In this document: piece by piece, positions 23,852-37,200 of the stretch
Layout: each line of letters begins with the position of its first letter
Position numbering within the stretch: position 1 is the stretch's first letter
DNA from: Anthoceros angustus
Taxonomy: Eukaryota > Plantae > Anthocerotophyta
Assembly (NCBI GenBank): GCA_010909165.1
Contig: MU008158.1
Location: 2,877,478-2,941,477 of the forward strand
Direction: 5' to 3'
Length of the DNA: 64,000 bases
The notes under the pieces: generated by a model
The model's database searches: none
Told to the model about the DNA's origin: nothing
The model's input: the letters and a program-made list of their open reading frames with translations, nothing else
Program-made: the position numbers and the translations under genes

Positions 23852-26800
23852 ATGGTGCACATTTCTGAAATGCGAGTTGTCATGCCCATGACAGGTATGT
23901 CATCACCCGCTTTTCCTGCCACTCTGTGCTAAGTGAACGAGGGACTCTGAATCCTATGTGCTCTGTCCACAGTGGAGGAATTCAGGAGGGCACAGCGCTA
24001 TGCCAACTGGAAGACTAATGAGTACAACACTCAAGAGGGGCAGGGGGGTCAGGTTGGTGAATCCGTCCAGCCAATTATTTGGATCTGAATGCCATGACCT
24101 CAAATGTGGCCAGGCATTCCTCGGTTACACACCATTTACACTGGCTACGGTGTTCGATGCAGCTTCTCTCAAGCGCACCTTACGTTCATGAAACGTGGGG
24201 TGAAGGGTTGTACACACACAGTCTTTACCGCTTGGGTGATCGCCTACCGGATTGGGTATGAGGCTTAACCCCTTGCAAACTCATTTGTGAAACCCTCAAT
24301 ATATTCAGCATTTCTTCTGCTTGCTGCCTTGCTTTCAGGTCACACGTCTCATCCCATCGAATGCTCTTGTCATCGATGAGAAAACCTGGATGGCTTACCC
24401 GTACTGTCGTTCAGTGCTGACCATCCCCTTCTTTAACAAGGTTGGTGCACTTCAGCCTTCTGAGTTCTGTAAAAGACGAGGGAGTCATGGCGATGACGTT
24501 TGCTGGTTCTGTGCAGTTGCAAATCGAGATGCTCAGCATGCACAAGGATGATGATGGTTCAACTGACAATGTTCTTGGGCTAAATGAAGACCAACTTCGT
24601 ATTCGAAAAGTTGACTTTGTGGATATTCATGCGGACAAGGTGGTCATTTACTCTTTTGTGCATCTGTTTAGCAGCAAACGAAGGGACAATGCCACAGGCT
24701 TGCATTCTGTCAAATTCGTGTGGCACAAGTAGTTCATCCCTCTCTGGACTTTCTGCTCCTTGCTTCACATCAGACGGGCCATCTCTTGGCAATGCTGCAG
24801 GTGGCAAAGAGGGACTATCGTGCTGACCTCGATCCTGCCCTGACCAAATCCAAGAAAACAGGGTAGGCTATATCTCGTGTGGTTCTTGTCTTGTCTCTAT
24901 TTGTTCCATAAATGTTGCTGCTACTTATGGTAGTATGAGCATTTCCCTTTTCAGGCGCGGACCTCTTTCCAGTGGCTGGCAGACAACCCTGAGACCCATT
25001 ATGTGTGCGTACAAAGTGACCACTGTTCAGGCCAAGTAGGTAACATGGTATAACTCACCTACTCAGACCTGGGCTTGTCAGGACCTTGCAGGTCAGGCCA
25101 CAAGCTGCCTCGTAAGATGTTTTGCATCTAAGGTGGTGAAGGTCCTGCTGTGTTGTGAAGATCCTGGCGTGGTTGGACTTGAATGTCTGTATTATCACCG
25201 ATTGAACATTTTCAAATATCCTTTCTGGTGACGTAGTTGTGTGTGTGCAGCTATTGGGGAGTGCAGAGCCGTGCAGAGAAGCTTATGCTCAATGGTGTCA
25301 GGCAGGTAGTTCTGATCTTCAGTTCTTTCTAAGTTATTAACATGCCTACAAAGCCCTACACCTTAGGTGGATATATAACATCAAAAGCGTTTTCCTGGCA
25401 GATTGTGTTACTTACACACCGAAATGCCTTTTGCTACATGGACAGCTGGTTTGACCTCACATATGAAGAGGTATTCATAATCGAACTAGAGAAGATGCTG
25501 CTCGTGGCAAACTCTTGCAGCATTACTTTCAGCTCACTTGTTTGCTCTCAGATTTGTGCAATGGAACTTCAAGGACGAGAAAGGCTGAAAGCTGCAGTAA
25601 AGCAACCTAGGATCATTGATCCATCGACGGGGAAGGAGCTAGTTGTCCCTGACTCGCCAAAAATTCTGAGTGATGATAGTGATGACAGTGACATCGAGGT
25701 GGAATTTTTCGAAGCAGAGGTGCAAACTCAAAACCTTAAGGAAGTAGGATCATAAGTCTGAACATTCAAAATGTAACTGTCAACCCCTGGATCTTGCATT
25801 CAGATGGATTGGGCGACACAGGAAGATGAAGATTTTGTGAAGGGCCTCATGGATGGTAAGCAAACAGATTGGTCCAAAGCTCGCAAGTTGTTCTTGACAG
25901 TATATAACTGTCACAGGTATGGACAGGTTTGGAAGATGGAGATCGTTTGAAGGGTGTCTCAAGCTCCCATGTACCCGAAAGGTATCATTTTTGCTGCGAG
26001 AACAGTGCTGTCATGTGCTTCATTAGTTCTGCTGCAGACGTCACAAGGAGCTGAAATAAGATTAGTCTTACTTGTCCAGATGTGCAGTTTGTGTATCCCG
26101 AGGAAAAGAAGCTGCAGCTCCTGAAATACTATGCCAAACTTGTGGAGAGCACTTTTGCAGTACCTGCTTTTCTGATGTCAGAAGCCCTTCATAGTCTCAT
26201 AACTCAGATTGTTCATTCCAGATAATTGACAGTGATTAATTGGCAGATCTTTATTTCATGTTCCTGAAAATGTTGACAATCATTTTGCTGACCCTTGTGT
26301 TTCTCGTCTTTTATGACAGATGCACATAACATCTCACCTGAGGTCTCATGTGACAAAACTTCTTGTTCCACCATCCCAGATAAATGTAACAGTGGTTACT
26401 TCCGATTTGCATAAGGAATCTGCAGGTGTCATGACAAACAATCTCGTGCGTACCATAGCTCCTCCGAATAATCAATATGATACCTCTGTGACACTTGTTG
26501 TCGCTCAACTGGCACTCCAACGGGTATGAATTTATATGGTGTTTGTACTACCACCGTTTGTTTGTACTGATCATCCCAATATCCATAGGTCCTCGTGCTA
26601 GCGTCATGCTGCACAATCTTCCAGCTCCAACTAGATTTTACTGGCTGTGGTGCAGGCTGATACAGCTGTGAATCCTGAAAGTGCTTCTGGTGAACATGCT
26701 AAACGACCTGTGCGGCAGAGGAATAGAAGCAAAAGTGGACTTCGTGCTCTGAACACTTGGCCTGAGAATTCAGCAATCCATGAGGTTAGCTAGTGTTTGG

Positions 26801-28464
26801 TCTTCAGTCTGGTTTCTCTTGAGATTCACAAATCTCATGGCTCTTTTGACTTGGAGTTGGTAATTGGACAGCAGAGTGTAGGGGCAGAGACCTTGTCAAG
26901 AAGTTTAGATGCAGGCCGAGCATGCCAGCTGTCTGAGGACATGGTTCGCTGCATTTCTACCTTGTACATGCGGTGTGCAGAGTCTCGATTGTCTTCGTAC
27001 GCTTATCCTGTGAAACGGAAACTGTGGAGACGTTCTTTTGGTGAGGTATCACCTCCAGACTCACATGGTGAAAGCAGAGGAGATGAAGGGAGCATTGATC
27101 CGTACGGAACAAAAAGTGAACATGCTCTTTGGAGTGTAGATGTCTATTTGGATGCTGTGGAAGTTGCCTCTGCCCCTGTGGAAGACAAGCTGGATGATTC
27201 TGCTGCCCTATACAAGCAATACAGGTTTACCCTCTACTGCAGAGAGCTAACCTTTGTTTACTTGGGCTTGGGCTGATCACATCCAAAACAATTGGTTGTA
27301 CCGTTTTCTTTGTATGGCCTCCCGTTGTGCCTCCTCATTTCTTAGCGAATTTCCAGCTGGGACTCTTACCTATTACTGGACTGCAGGGAACTGGTGGCAC
27401 AACTAGCACATGTGAATCCCAAGGAGATGACACACGAGCAGCGCTTGGCCTTTTGGATCAACGTGTACAATTCTTTGATGATGCATGTAAGGTTCTTCCT
27501 AACCCAGTGACTTCAGAGTTTGAAGTTGCGCATATTTAGTTGGTTGTGTGTTGGGTACAAGGATGAAGTCTGCAAACTGAATTGACTGTTCCACACAGAG
27601 TTATCTTGTCTATGGGATTCCACGTAGTCATTACAAGAGGATAACCATGATGAACAAGGTACGTACGATGCTTAGAAGCTCTCTCCTATTTGTTGCCAAC
27701 GTTGTAAAACATGAATTAATTGGCTATGTTTTTCTCTGGCAGGCTGCCTACGACTTGGGGGGTTATCACTTCAGTGCATTAGCCATAGAACATGCTGTAC
27801 TGCGTGCAAACTCGTATCGCCCTGCACTGGTATGTCCTGGACTCCCCAACCAATGGCAACTGATAGATTCATTTGCATTTGGTTATGGGATTGCATGTGA
27901 TACAGTGGCCAAATCTTTGTCAACGCACAGGCAACTCTGCTACCAGTTCAGAAATACAAACGAAACGATGAGAGGCTGCCATTTGCTCTTGATCGACCGG
28001 AGCCCTTGTTGAGCTTCGCTCTTTGCTGTGGTACCCGTTCGTCACCTATGGTAAGCATTAGCATGTCCAACATGCTTGGTTCGATTTCGTAGGTGAGTTT
28101 GCACAGGCCCCGAACTTGATACTGGTGAGTTTGATGCCAGGTACGAGCCTTTACACCTGCGACAGTCGGAGAAGATTTGCGGGTGGCATGTCAAGAGTTC
28201 TTAGTTGCTGCAGTCTCCGTCAATTGTAAGCTTCAGCGGATTTTTGTACCCAAGATTCTTCACTGGTACGCGAGGGACTTCTCAGACGATGCCAAGTCTT
28301 TGCTGGAGTGGATCAGTCAACAATTGCCGGAAGATAAACGGAATTTGGTGATTGAGTGCCTTCAGCAAAAAACTGCAAAGAACAGATCTCGACGCATGTC
28401 AGTGACCTCGTATGATTGGAGCTTCAGATATTTATTTGATCGTCGCTTGGGTTTGAAGCCCTAG
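23852..28464 (+). CDS. Probable fusion gene: START-type phosphatidylinositol transfer protein (IP_trans) + DUF547 domain
   Basis: PITP motifs 'MRVVMPMTVEEFRRAQRY', 'GEGLYTHSLYRLGDRLPDW', 'EKTWMAYPYCRS', 'SKKTGRGPL', 'PIMCAYK', 'YWGVQSRAE', 'HRNAFCYMDSWFDLT'. DUF547 motifs 'QLSEDMVRCIS', 'QRLAFWINVYNSLMMH', 'AAYDLGG', 'PEPLLSFALCCGTRSSP', 'VPKILHWYARDF'. An in-frame GT-AG exon chain can be built through 25.7-26.9 kb. Both domains are secure; the fusion is less so. Confidence 0.7.
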
Positions 28465-28986
28465 AATTTAGGGAGTTGCCCGAATGTCTGGACAAGAGAA
28501 TTTGTATTTAAGACTCATAGTTTTATGTGTTAATGTATGTAAAGGGGAACACAATGACTTTGGCTGATCCCTCCACAGCAGCATATAAACAGCAGTACCG
28601 TAGTCTACGTAGTCTATGTACGACTTTCTTCTCTCCGAAGGTGTTCGTGGGTTCGTCGTGAGTGCCCGTTACGCGCGCCAAATATGAAGACACACAAAGC
28701 CGAACGTGACATGGCCCCGGACGCCGGCGCCAATTGGCACCCGGTCCCGTGCTCCGTCGTCCTACCCAGTGCACCCTGCAAATGCCAGACGAAAATCGCG
28801 AATTGCACAGCCACGCCGGCAGGGGCTTCCCGCCAGGACAGCAATTGCATTTGGCGCTGAGTTCCCAACACCCGCCGCAACGGCAGCAGCACCTTTGAGT
28901 GCCGGACAGTCGAAGCGAAGCACCAGCGCTTGAGTACGGCAAATCAAGAACAGGAACTGCGGCAGCTGCATTCTGTGACCAGGTAG

Positions 28987-30918
28987 ATGAAGCAAAGGCA
29001 TCCTACCGTGGCTCGCGCTATGCGGAAGCTGGTCACTCCTACCCGACTGTGCCAGACCGTCAGCTCATCAGTGTTAAGATGGATTTCTCCGCTCGTCTTG
29101 ATGTCGGCACTCTTCCTGTTGTGGAGCGACACAGCTGGTGTCACTTCCTCCCTCTCCCTACCTGTTGCCTCACTTTGTCAAGACCTGTATCGTGATGCGT
29201 TGCCTGACAAATTGTGACATGCGGCTGTAACTCCGCCGCTTGGTCATCTTTCTTGCTCACATTGAGCTACCTTTGTCGTGCAGCTCTCGCCAACAGGCCG
29301 GCTCCGTACGAAGCGCTTGCTCCACCTGGATCTATCCCTAAGCCTTTCCATAGTATGTACTCGGGAGACTCCAGCTTGCATTGCGCTCTGCTACGTTCAA
29401 AGCATTGGTGGAAGTCGTTAATGCACCTTGCAGCGTCGTGTTAGTTTGCTAGCGACTTGACAAGCGGTGCTCGCTTCTCCGTTGTTTGTGTGCAGGATGC
29501 AAGATCCCTTTGCTTCATGATCCCCGTAAGGTGAAGTTGAGGTCTTCAGCATACGATGGGAGTTATCCTGAAAAGCTGACCTATGTCGAGTATGATGAAC
29601 CTTCGGGGAATGTATCGCTGTTTGGTGGCCATCAGACCTGGAAACAGAGGGACGACAGCTTCAAGTTGAAAAAGTCCATGCAGGTCACCTTCCTCACTCT
29701 TCCCCTTCCGCATGCAACTTCTTCTTCGTTTGCATTCATCTTGCTTGCTGAGGCCGATCCCGAGCTCTGTCAGAAGGATCCTAGTACTAGAGTTAACCAC
29801 GGCTATTGGTTTCAGGTTCACTGTGGGTTTGTTGGAAACTCGGGAGCTGACATGCATGTATGGGACACCAAATACATTCAAAGCTGCCAGTATGTGGTTG
29901 CATCTGGCATATTCGATGCCTATGACCTACCACATCAGCCATCGAAGATAAGCAGCCGCTCCAAACGTCTCTTTTGCTTTGTATTGCTTGTTGACGAGCA
30001 GTCTCTGCAAAGCATCACAAATGCCAGCCAGGTGATAGAAACCTCGGACAAAGGAAAATGGGCTGGAATTTGGAGGCTTGTCGTACTTCGTAACTTGCCC
30101 TATGACGAGCCAAGAAGAAATGGAAAAGTGCCCAAGCTGCTGGCACACAGAATTTTTCCTCACGCCCGGTACAGCATCTGGATTGACGGGAAAATGGAGC
30201 TCCTCGTGGATCCCCTGCTTATTCTGGAAAGGTAAAGTAAGCTGCGTTGTGTTTCTGGGTTCCATGTCCCTGTCAGTCACTGCAATTGTCAGTGGGCTGT
30301 GCCGTCGCAGGTATCTCTGGAGGAAGAACATTACATTTGCGATAGCTCATCACAAGCATAGCAGGAGCATTTTTGAGGAAGCGGAAGCTGTAAAACGCCG
30401 GAAGAGATACGCTCGTCCCCTTATTGACAGACACATGGCCATCTATCGGGAGGAAGGCATGAAAGGGTGGACCACTGACAAATTGCCGCTAATAAGTGGT
30501 GAGCAAATGATTGAGTTGGTTGGTTGTGTCAATGTTGGTTGGTTGTGTCAATGGTTGTGACACATGCTGACGGATGGCTGATTGGGTCGCAGACGTGCCT
30601 GAGGGAGCGATTATTATTCGAGAGCACAATCCGCTCAATAATCTGTTCTGTTGCCTGTGGTTCAACGAAGTAGACCGCTTTACTCCTCGGGACCAGCTGA
30701 GCTTTGGCTACGTGGTGTTCAGGCTCAATGGGTCTTTTCCGTTCTTCATGTTCCCCAACTGTGAGTATAACTCTCTTACACGCCTGCACAAGCACACTCG
30801 AGAACACTCCTCTAAGGTTGAATGGGTTAAAAGCTTGGACCAGCTTGGTAACGGCAGCAGCGTGTTGGAGACTAGAGCTGGGATGGGCCTTTTCACTCGA
30901 AACATTTCGGAGGTTTGA
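28987..30918 (+). CDS. DUF616 (TOD1/MUCI70-like) type II membrane glycosyltransferase-like protein
   Basis: N-terminal TM 'WISPLVLMSALFLLW', 'PKPFHRCKIP', 'LFGGHQTWKQRDDSF', 'VHCGF', 'VVASGIFDAYD', 'LPYDEPRRNGKVPKLL', 'YSIWIDGK', 'DVPEGAIIIREH', 'WFNEVDRFTPRDQLSFGYV'. Confidence 0.9.
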
Positions 30919-31574
30919 GCCCACCTCTGGCTAGGTCTTAAAATTTTGACCAGATACGTAGGTACTTAGAATTTCAGGACCAGGTACTTAGAATTTCAGT
31001 TGAAAATTTTAGACGCAAGGTAGCTTCTTTTGCTTCACAACGTACATGAAGCTCATTGCGAGCCGAGGAGGAGTGGCAACATGGTGGGGGGCTGCTTACT
31101 GCCGGCGATGATGCGTCGACCAGGACATCAATTGTGGCTCCACGGATGCCGAGGTGAATGGCAACTTGTTCACCACGATCCTGGTTGCACGGTAAGTCAG
31201 CACGCATCAGCTGCTGCCTGCTGCATTCAGATTTGGCGAATAAGGAGGAAATTGCAACCTGTCGAGAGGTCCATGTGTAACGGGATGGATACACCATGAG
31301 AAAGTAAGTAGTGGACTCCCCACCCAAATCAGGATGGTGCCTTGTAAGTAAAGCTTTGTGTGTCATGAGCTTTCAGAATGTTCAGGAATTTATCGGCCTT
31401 CAGTTACAACGCTCGAGGTGGCTTCCCTCACTCACCCAACTGTTGATAAGCACAACTTCCAACTCAATGGTAAACTTCCAGGGACATCCCGACATTCAGA
31501 GGGAGTTCTGGTCTGACCAATTGACATCGGCTCCCGACCTGGAAGAAAAAGCTTGTTTACTAACAATCTGTCTG

Positions 31575-33825
31575 TTACAAAAAACTTCTGAAGTCCTCGC
31601 AACACAGATCCATGGCGAATTCTGAATCCACATAATGAACGTGCGGAGGCATATCATTTCTCGGTCCACATGTGGATGCATAGGCAACAACCTGCCACGG
31701 GTTCAACCCGCTATGTACCAATCCTTCCTCCACTATCTCTGTGTGAAAGTTGGGCTTCCTGGCAAGCTCTTTAACTCCTTGCAGCGTCAGGTAGCAAGCT
31801 TGTATCCATACGAACCTCAATCGCTCATGTCTGGCCAGCGCAACCATACCTGGCCAGCCATGCAACACATCGTAATATGAGCCCCGCAGTGTGCCCTATT
31901 ACAGCCATATGCGATAATTCATAATTATGCATATCTTTCTGTCAGGAATGCACAACACCGATCATCGTACCTTCGTCTCCAAAGGGGCAATCCCGCATCT
32001 CAAGAGTGTGCATTTTGTGCAAGCCCGCACTTGCCGCAATAAGTCCTTTGTCACTGCACCCACAGTTGGTCAGCGTAACATGTTGCAAGTTCTTCCCATA
32101 TTTCCCCAGATAATACATGCCTTCGTCAGTTATGATTCCGTTGCGAAGGCCGTATCTGCTCAGGCAGATGGCCAATCTTGTGGCCATCGTGCACTTCTTC
32201 AGCAAAGCTTTGAGCCCCTTGTTCAGTGTCTTGTTACGGTGCAGTTCCATAGCCTACACACAGAGGCAACCAATGCCGTCAATTGGGAAGTCTCAGGATT
32301 CGAGCAAAATGACACCTGCGCCATCATCCTTGCAGACTTACACGACCATCCGGGGACTCCTTATGCACAAGGCAGATGCGAATGTCTCGAAGGCTTGGGC
32401 AATTGTCTGCTAACACCATCAGAGCCTCATCTGTCATATCTGACGCATAGTACATGATTTTTTGCAGCAAGGAGCAACCCTGTGCGATGCACACCAGTCC
32501 GCTCTGCGACAGAAACCCAGGGCCATCCTCTTGCTGAACAGATAGTGTCCGTAAATCTTTGCACGTACTACCCACGACTCGCATTCCAGCATCTCCAATA
32601 ATGTCACGCACCTGTTAAACACACCTGCAGCAGCTGAGAAAGTGGGGAAGGCATTCCAAGGGCTGCAAATGCAAAGCCACCAAATTGAAAAAGGTGGTGC
32701 GAGGATGTCACCTTAAGCTCCTGCAGCTGAGTGCATCCAGCAAGCATCTGACACAGTCCCTCTCCTTCAATGTCAGCAAGAGTCAAATCCAGTCTCCTGA
32801 GCTGCGGACAGATGGGGAAAACGTCCGGAATCAACCACTCTTCCCAGAAGCCCAGCTCCAACAGCCTGGTACATCGTGCAAGAGCCTGGCGCAGCTGGGA
32901 CGTCAGGGCATAGGGTGGAAAATTGAACAAGTCCAACACCCCAGGCCAAGGTGGGTTACGACGGGGCAGGAGTTCACCACGGCAGCTACGACCGTGGAGG
33001 CTCCAACGCATCCGACAGCCGAAGCACTTGACACCGAGCAGCAAGCTGCACGATGGCCTGTTGGTCACCCTCGCTGGCTCCGGGATATCCACCCTGCAAT
33101 GCTGAGACACGTTAAGCGCTTGCAATTGTGCTCCAGCAGCGAGAGCCAATTGGACGGCCTCCTCACAGCCTTCAACGCTCGACTCGCCCAAATCCAGCGT
33201 GGCGAGGGACCTGCAACATGGGCCGTCAGTCCCAAGCTGCAAGGGCGAGGGCGAGAGCACAGAGCCAGGGGGCGCACCTGCAATGCTGCGCAACGTGCTC
33301 CAAACCCGCGTGCGAGAACCCATTGCACTTGACAAGGCAGAGCGATTGCAGATTGTGCGAGCAGCTGTGGGCCAGCACCTGGAGGTCCGCATCGGTCACA
33401 ATCATGCGCTTGAGCTTCAAATGCTGCAGGTTGGAGTGATAGCGATCCGCAAGCAGCCCGACCCAGGGCGCGGCATAGGCCCCCCACAGCTCCGCCCTGG
33501 GGATGAGATCGTAGTCCGTGACCCGAGGCTTGCCCTTGATGTAGAAGGAGGTGGCCCGGGGGAAGCGGCGCCACACAGTGTCCGGGTGCACCACGTAGCA
33601 GCTGGACACGAAGACTGCGCTCCTGCACCCACCTTCCACATCCTTGAAGCGCTTGCACACCTGAGAGGTTGCGTTTCGATGGGAGTGCTGCCCGATGAGA
33701 TCAAACACCTGCTGTAAGATTTCGTCCGGACAACTTAGCAAGCACGAGTGGGACTCGGATCCTCGCCTTTGGCTCTCACCGATGCCGCCCACCATCTGCT
33801 CGCCGCTGCACTCTGGAGTCTCCAT
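31575..33825 (-). CDS. TIR1/AFB/COI1-family F-box LRR protein, divergent (neither typical TIR1 nor typical COI1)
   Basis: F-box 'CPDEILQQVF...RNATSQVCKRF', family signature 'RRFPRATSFYIKGKPRVTDYDLIPRAELWGAYAAPWV', 'LKLKRMIVTDADL', 'RDIIGDAGM', 'LEMRDCPFGDE', C-terminal 'AYASTCGPRNDMP'. Five exons with GT-AG introns. ATG at 33825, TAA at 31575. Confidence 0.88.
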
Positions 33826-34299
33826 ATGCTCTCGCACCGCGCTACGGCCTATTTTCGTTCACATCGGTGCTTATACATAGGAAATTTTCATTTCTGTCGT
33901 GTTCTTGCACTGCATAGAGCAACGTATGGACCTAGTAGGGTGGTGGTGCCTAGCACCCAAGAAGCCGATGCAATTCTTTCTTTCTCGTGAATATCGCGCA
34001 AGAGAGTAGAAGACGAAGAAGAAGAAGAAGAGAACATTAAGAGAATTTTATTTTATCGAGCAAGAGAGTCTACGTGGTGGTGCCTAGGACCTAAGTAGCC
34101 CGATGCAATTCTTTCTTTTGGAAGGATATGACTCAATGGAGATTTTATTATGAAAAAAAGATGGGAAAATCTATATGTCCCAAGACAAGGGGAATAACTC
34201 TGAGGAGGGCACCAAACCATGGGGGACTAACCTCCGTTGTCGCCAATCTTGTAACTGCCTACCGTGCCAAGGATATCAAAATCGGGGATAGGAAAGGGC

Positions 34300-37200
34300 C
34301 TACCTACCACCGGGCCAGCCCCACATTTGTCGTCGTCCTATATACCGTGCTTGTCGTCGTCCTATACACCGCACTTGCCATCGTCCTGTACATCGCGCTT
34401 GTCATCGTCCTATATACCGCATTGGCCAACGCCCACTACATAGCGATGGACACTCGTTGCCTGTAGAAAGCCACGACACAGGAAAGAGGGAGGCCAACCC
34501 CACTCCTGCGGCTGTGGTACTCCCAAGCACATGCCTTAAGGAACCTAGAAAAGGCCTTGCCCATGGCCCCATGGGTCTCAATGGCAAGGGGGATGAAGAT
34601 GTGCCCCTGCTGCATAGGAGAGTACTTACGAGCCTTCGCCGTGGTGCATCCCTCTTGGTCCCCCGGGACCAAAAATAGGTCCGTCCGGAGGGAAACTCCG
34701 TTGGGCAAAGTATAAGGGTGCTCCCTGTAAGGAAAGAAGCCACCCTCCTTAACCAACAAGAACATGACGTCGTGAACAGTATTATGTGTAGCTATGCACT
34801 ACCCGCCCGCGGAACAGCGAGCAAGGTGGCTCCCCGAGTCATCGAGGGGCGCCCAACAGCTGCAAGCCGGGAGAGAGCAGGCAAAAGGCTGGACCAGGCC
34901 TAGGCGAAATCTCATCACAGTAGAAAAAGAGGCTGGTGCAATTCGGAAAGCCTGGATGCAAGGCCGAGCAAAAAGCCATGAATCTGCTCCTCTAGAAGAG
35001 CAAGAGCAGAGACGGGCATGGGTAGCCCTGGGGATGGATGAAACCTGAAGAAGGGCCAGCTGCGTCTGCCAATATTGCTTCTCCAGGAGGGATGCTTGAA
35101 GCCCACGAAATCCGACCTCGGGTAGCGAAGCAAAAGATCCCTAGCCTCAATGGGTAGGGATCCCCTAACCAAACGGAGGGACACCTGCCCGGGAAAAATG
35201 CCTCCTCCACTCCTGAGACGAAGGACTCCGAAATGCGAGAGTCCCTGATGATGAAACATGAGACCAATATAGGGGCAGAGAGGGCCCAACTCCTAAGGAA
35301 AGCCGCTGGTGCAGAGGCCTTTGTGGCCAAAAGACCAGTGCCCCCAAACACGACGGGGAAGGACGCCTATCGCCTAGCCAAATCCCCGGCAGTGCACTTG
35401 AAGGTGCCCGAGCCAATGATGTCAGCCAGCACATGCAAAACCTGCATGTCAAAGCCTCTCAGGCTGAACAAGAACCCCAAGGAGGTGGACTGTCTGCGAA
35501 GTAGCTTGGCCGTACAAAATAAGAAGATAGAATACCAAATACTACATTTGGATTTGCCAATTAGGAGAGGTGGCCAATATGTGCCAGGTCCTCCTACTAA
35601 GCCGCATCCACGAATTTCTGCATGAAAGTTGGGGTCTCCATCGAGACCCCTAAAACACAAATCTTGACCATGTGGGGAAGCCATATCCACCTTAGGATAC
35701 TGAAGAGAGGGCACCACAAGGAGGAGGACCAGGCCCTGCACTTCAAAATCTTTACCTTCAGACCAAGGCGGGAGAGCTCCAAAGAGAAGAGTTCAAAAGC
35801 CCCCTTAACCCAGTCACCTGGTCCCATGATACGGGTGATACATGGCGGCGGACAAGTCCGCCGCCAAGAGATACATACAATCCCAAAACGAGAAGGCAAA
35901 TATGGACTGAGCTATGACAAAAAGGGCGCCCCCCAACGAATTCCCATGCTTGGTGCCATCTGCACGGGCCAACACCGAAACCCCATCAACGGCGGGCCCA
36001 TGCTGATAGTAGAGATTGGAAGACTTGTGGAAGGAGCGGACAAAAGGGATAAGAGGCTGGTGCAATGGGCTGGATGCAAGGCCGAGCAAAAGCCATGAAT
36101 CGCTCCTCTAGAAGAGCAGAGCAGAGCAGGCATGGTAGCCACAGGGATGGATGAAACTCAAGAAGGCCGGTGCGTCGCCAATATTGCTTCTCGGGAGGGA
36201 TGCTTGAAGCCCACGAAATCCGACCTCGGAAGCAAAGATCCCTAGCCTCAATGGGTAGGGATCCCTAACCAAACGGAGGGACACCGCCCGGAAAATGCCT
36301 CCTCCACTCGAGACGAAGGACTCAAATCGAGTCCACGATGATGAAACATGAGACCAATATAGGAGAGGGCCCAACTCCTAAGGAAAGCCGGTGCAGAGGC
36401 CTTTGTGACCAGTGCCCCAAACACGACAGGGAAGGGCGCTATCGCCTAGCCAAATCCCCGGCAGTGCACTTGAAGGTGCCCGAGCCAATGATGTCAGCCA
36501 GCACATGCAAAACCTGCATGTCAAAGCCTCTCAGGCTGAACAAGAACCCCAAGGAGGTGGACCTGTGCGAAGGAAGTAGCTTGGCCGGCGCGCAAAATAA
36601 GAAGATAGAATACCAAATACTACATTTGGATTTGCCAATTAGGAGAGGTGGCCAATATGTGCCAGGTCCTCCTACTAAGCCGCATCCACGAATTTCTGCA
36701 TGAAAGTTGGGGTCTCCATCGAGACCCCTAAAACACAAATCTTGACCATGTGGGGAAGCCATATCCACCTTAGGATCAAGAGAGGCACCACAAGGAGGAG
36801 GACCAGGCCACACTTCAAAATCTTTACCTTGACCAAGTGAGAGCTCCAAAGAGAAGAGTTCAAAAGCCCCTTAACCCAGTCACCTGGTCCCATGATACGG
36901 GTGATACATGGCGGCGGACAAGTCCGCCGCCAAGAGATACATACAATCCCAAAACGAGAAGGCAAATATGGACTGAGCTATGACAAAAAGGGCGCCCCCC
37001 AACGAATTCCCATGCTTGGTGCCATCTGCACGGGCCAACACCGAAACCCCATCAACGGCGGGCCCATGCTGATAGTAGAGATTGGAAGACTTGTGGAAGG
37101 AGCGGACAAAAGGGATAAGACTGGCAAGTTGCAGACCTGCGTCCTTGAGCTCATCGAAAATGGCCGTCCTAGAGACCATGTTAAAAGCATTCTGGACGTC

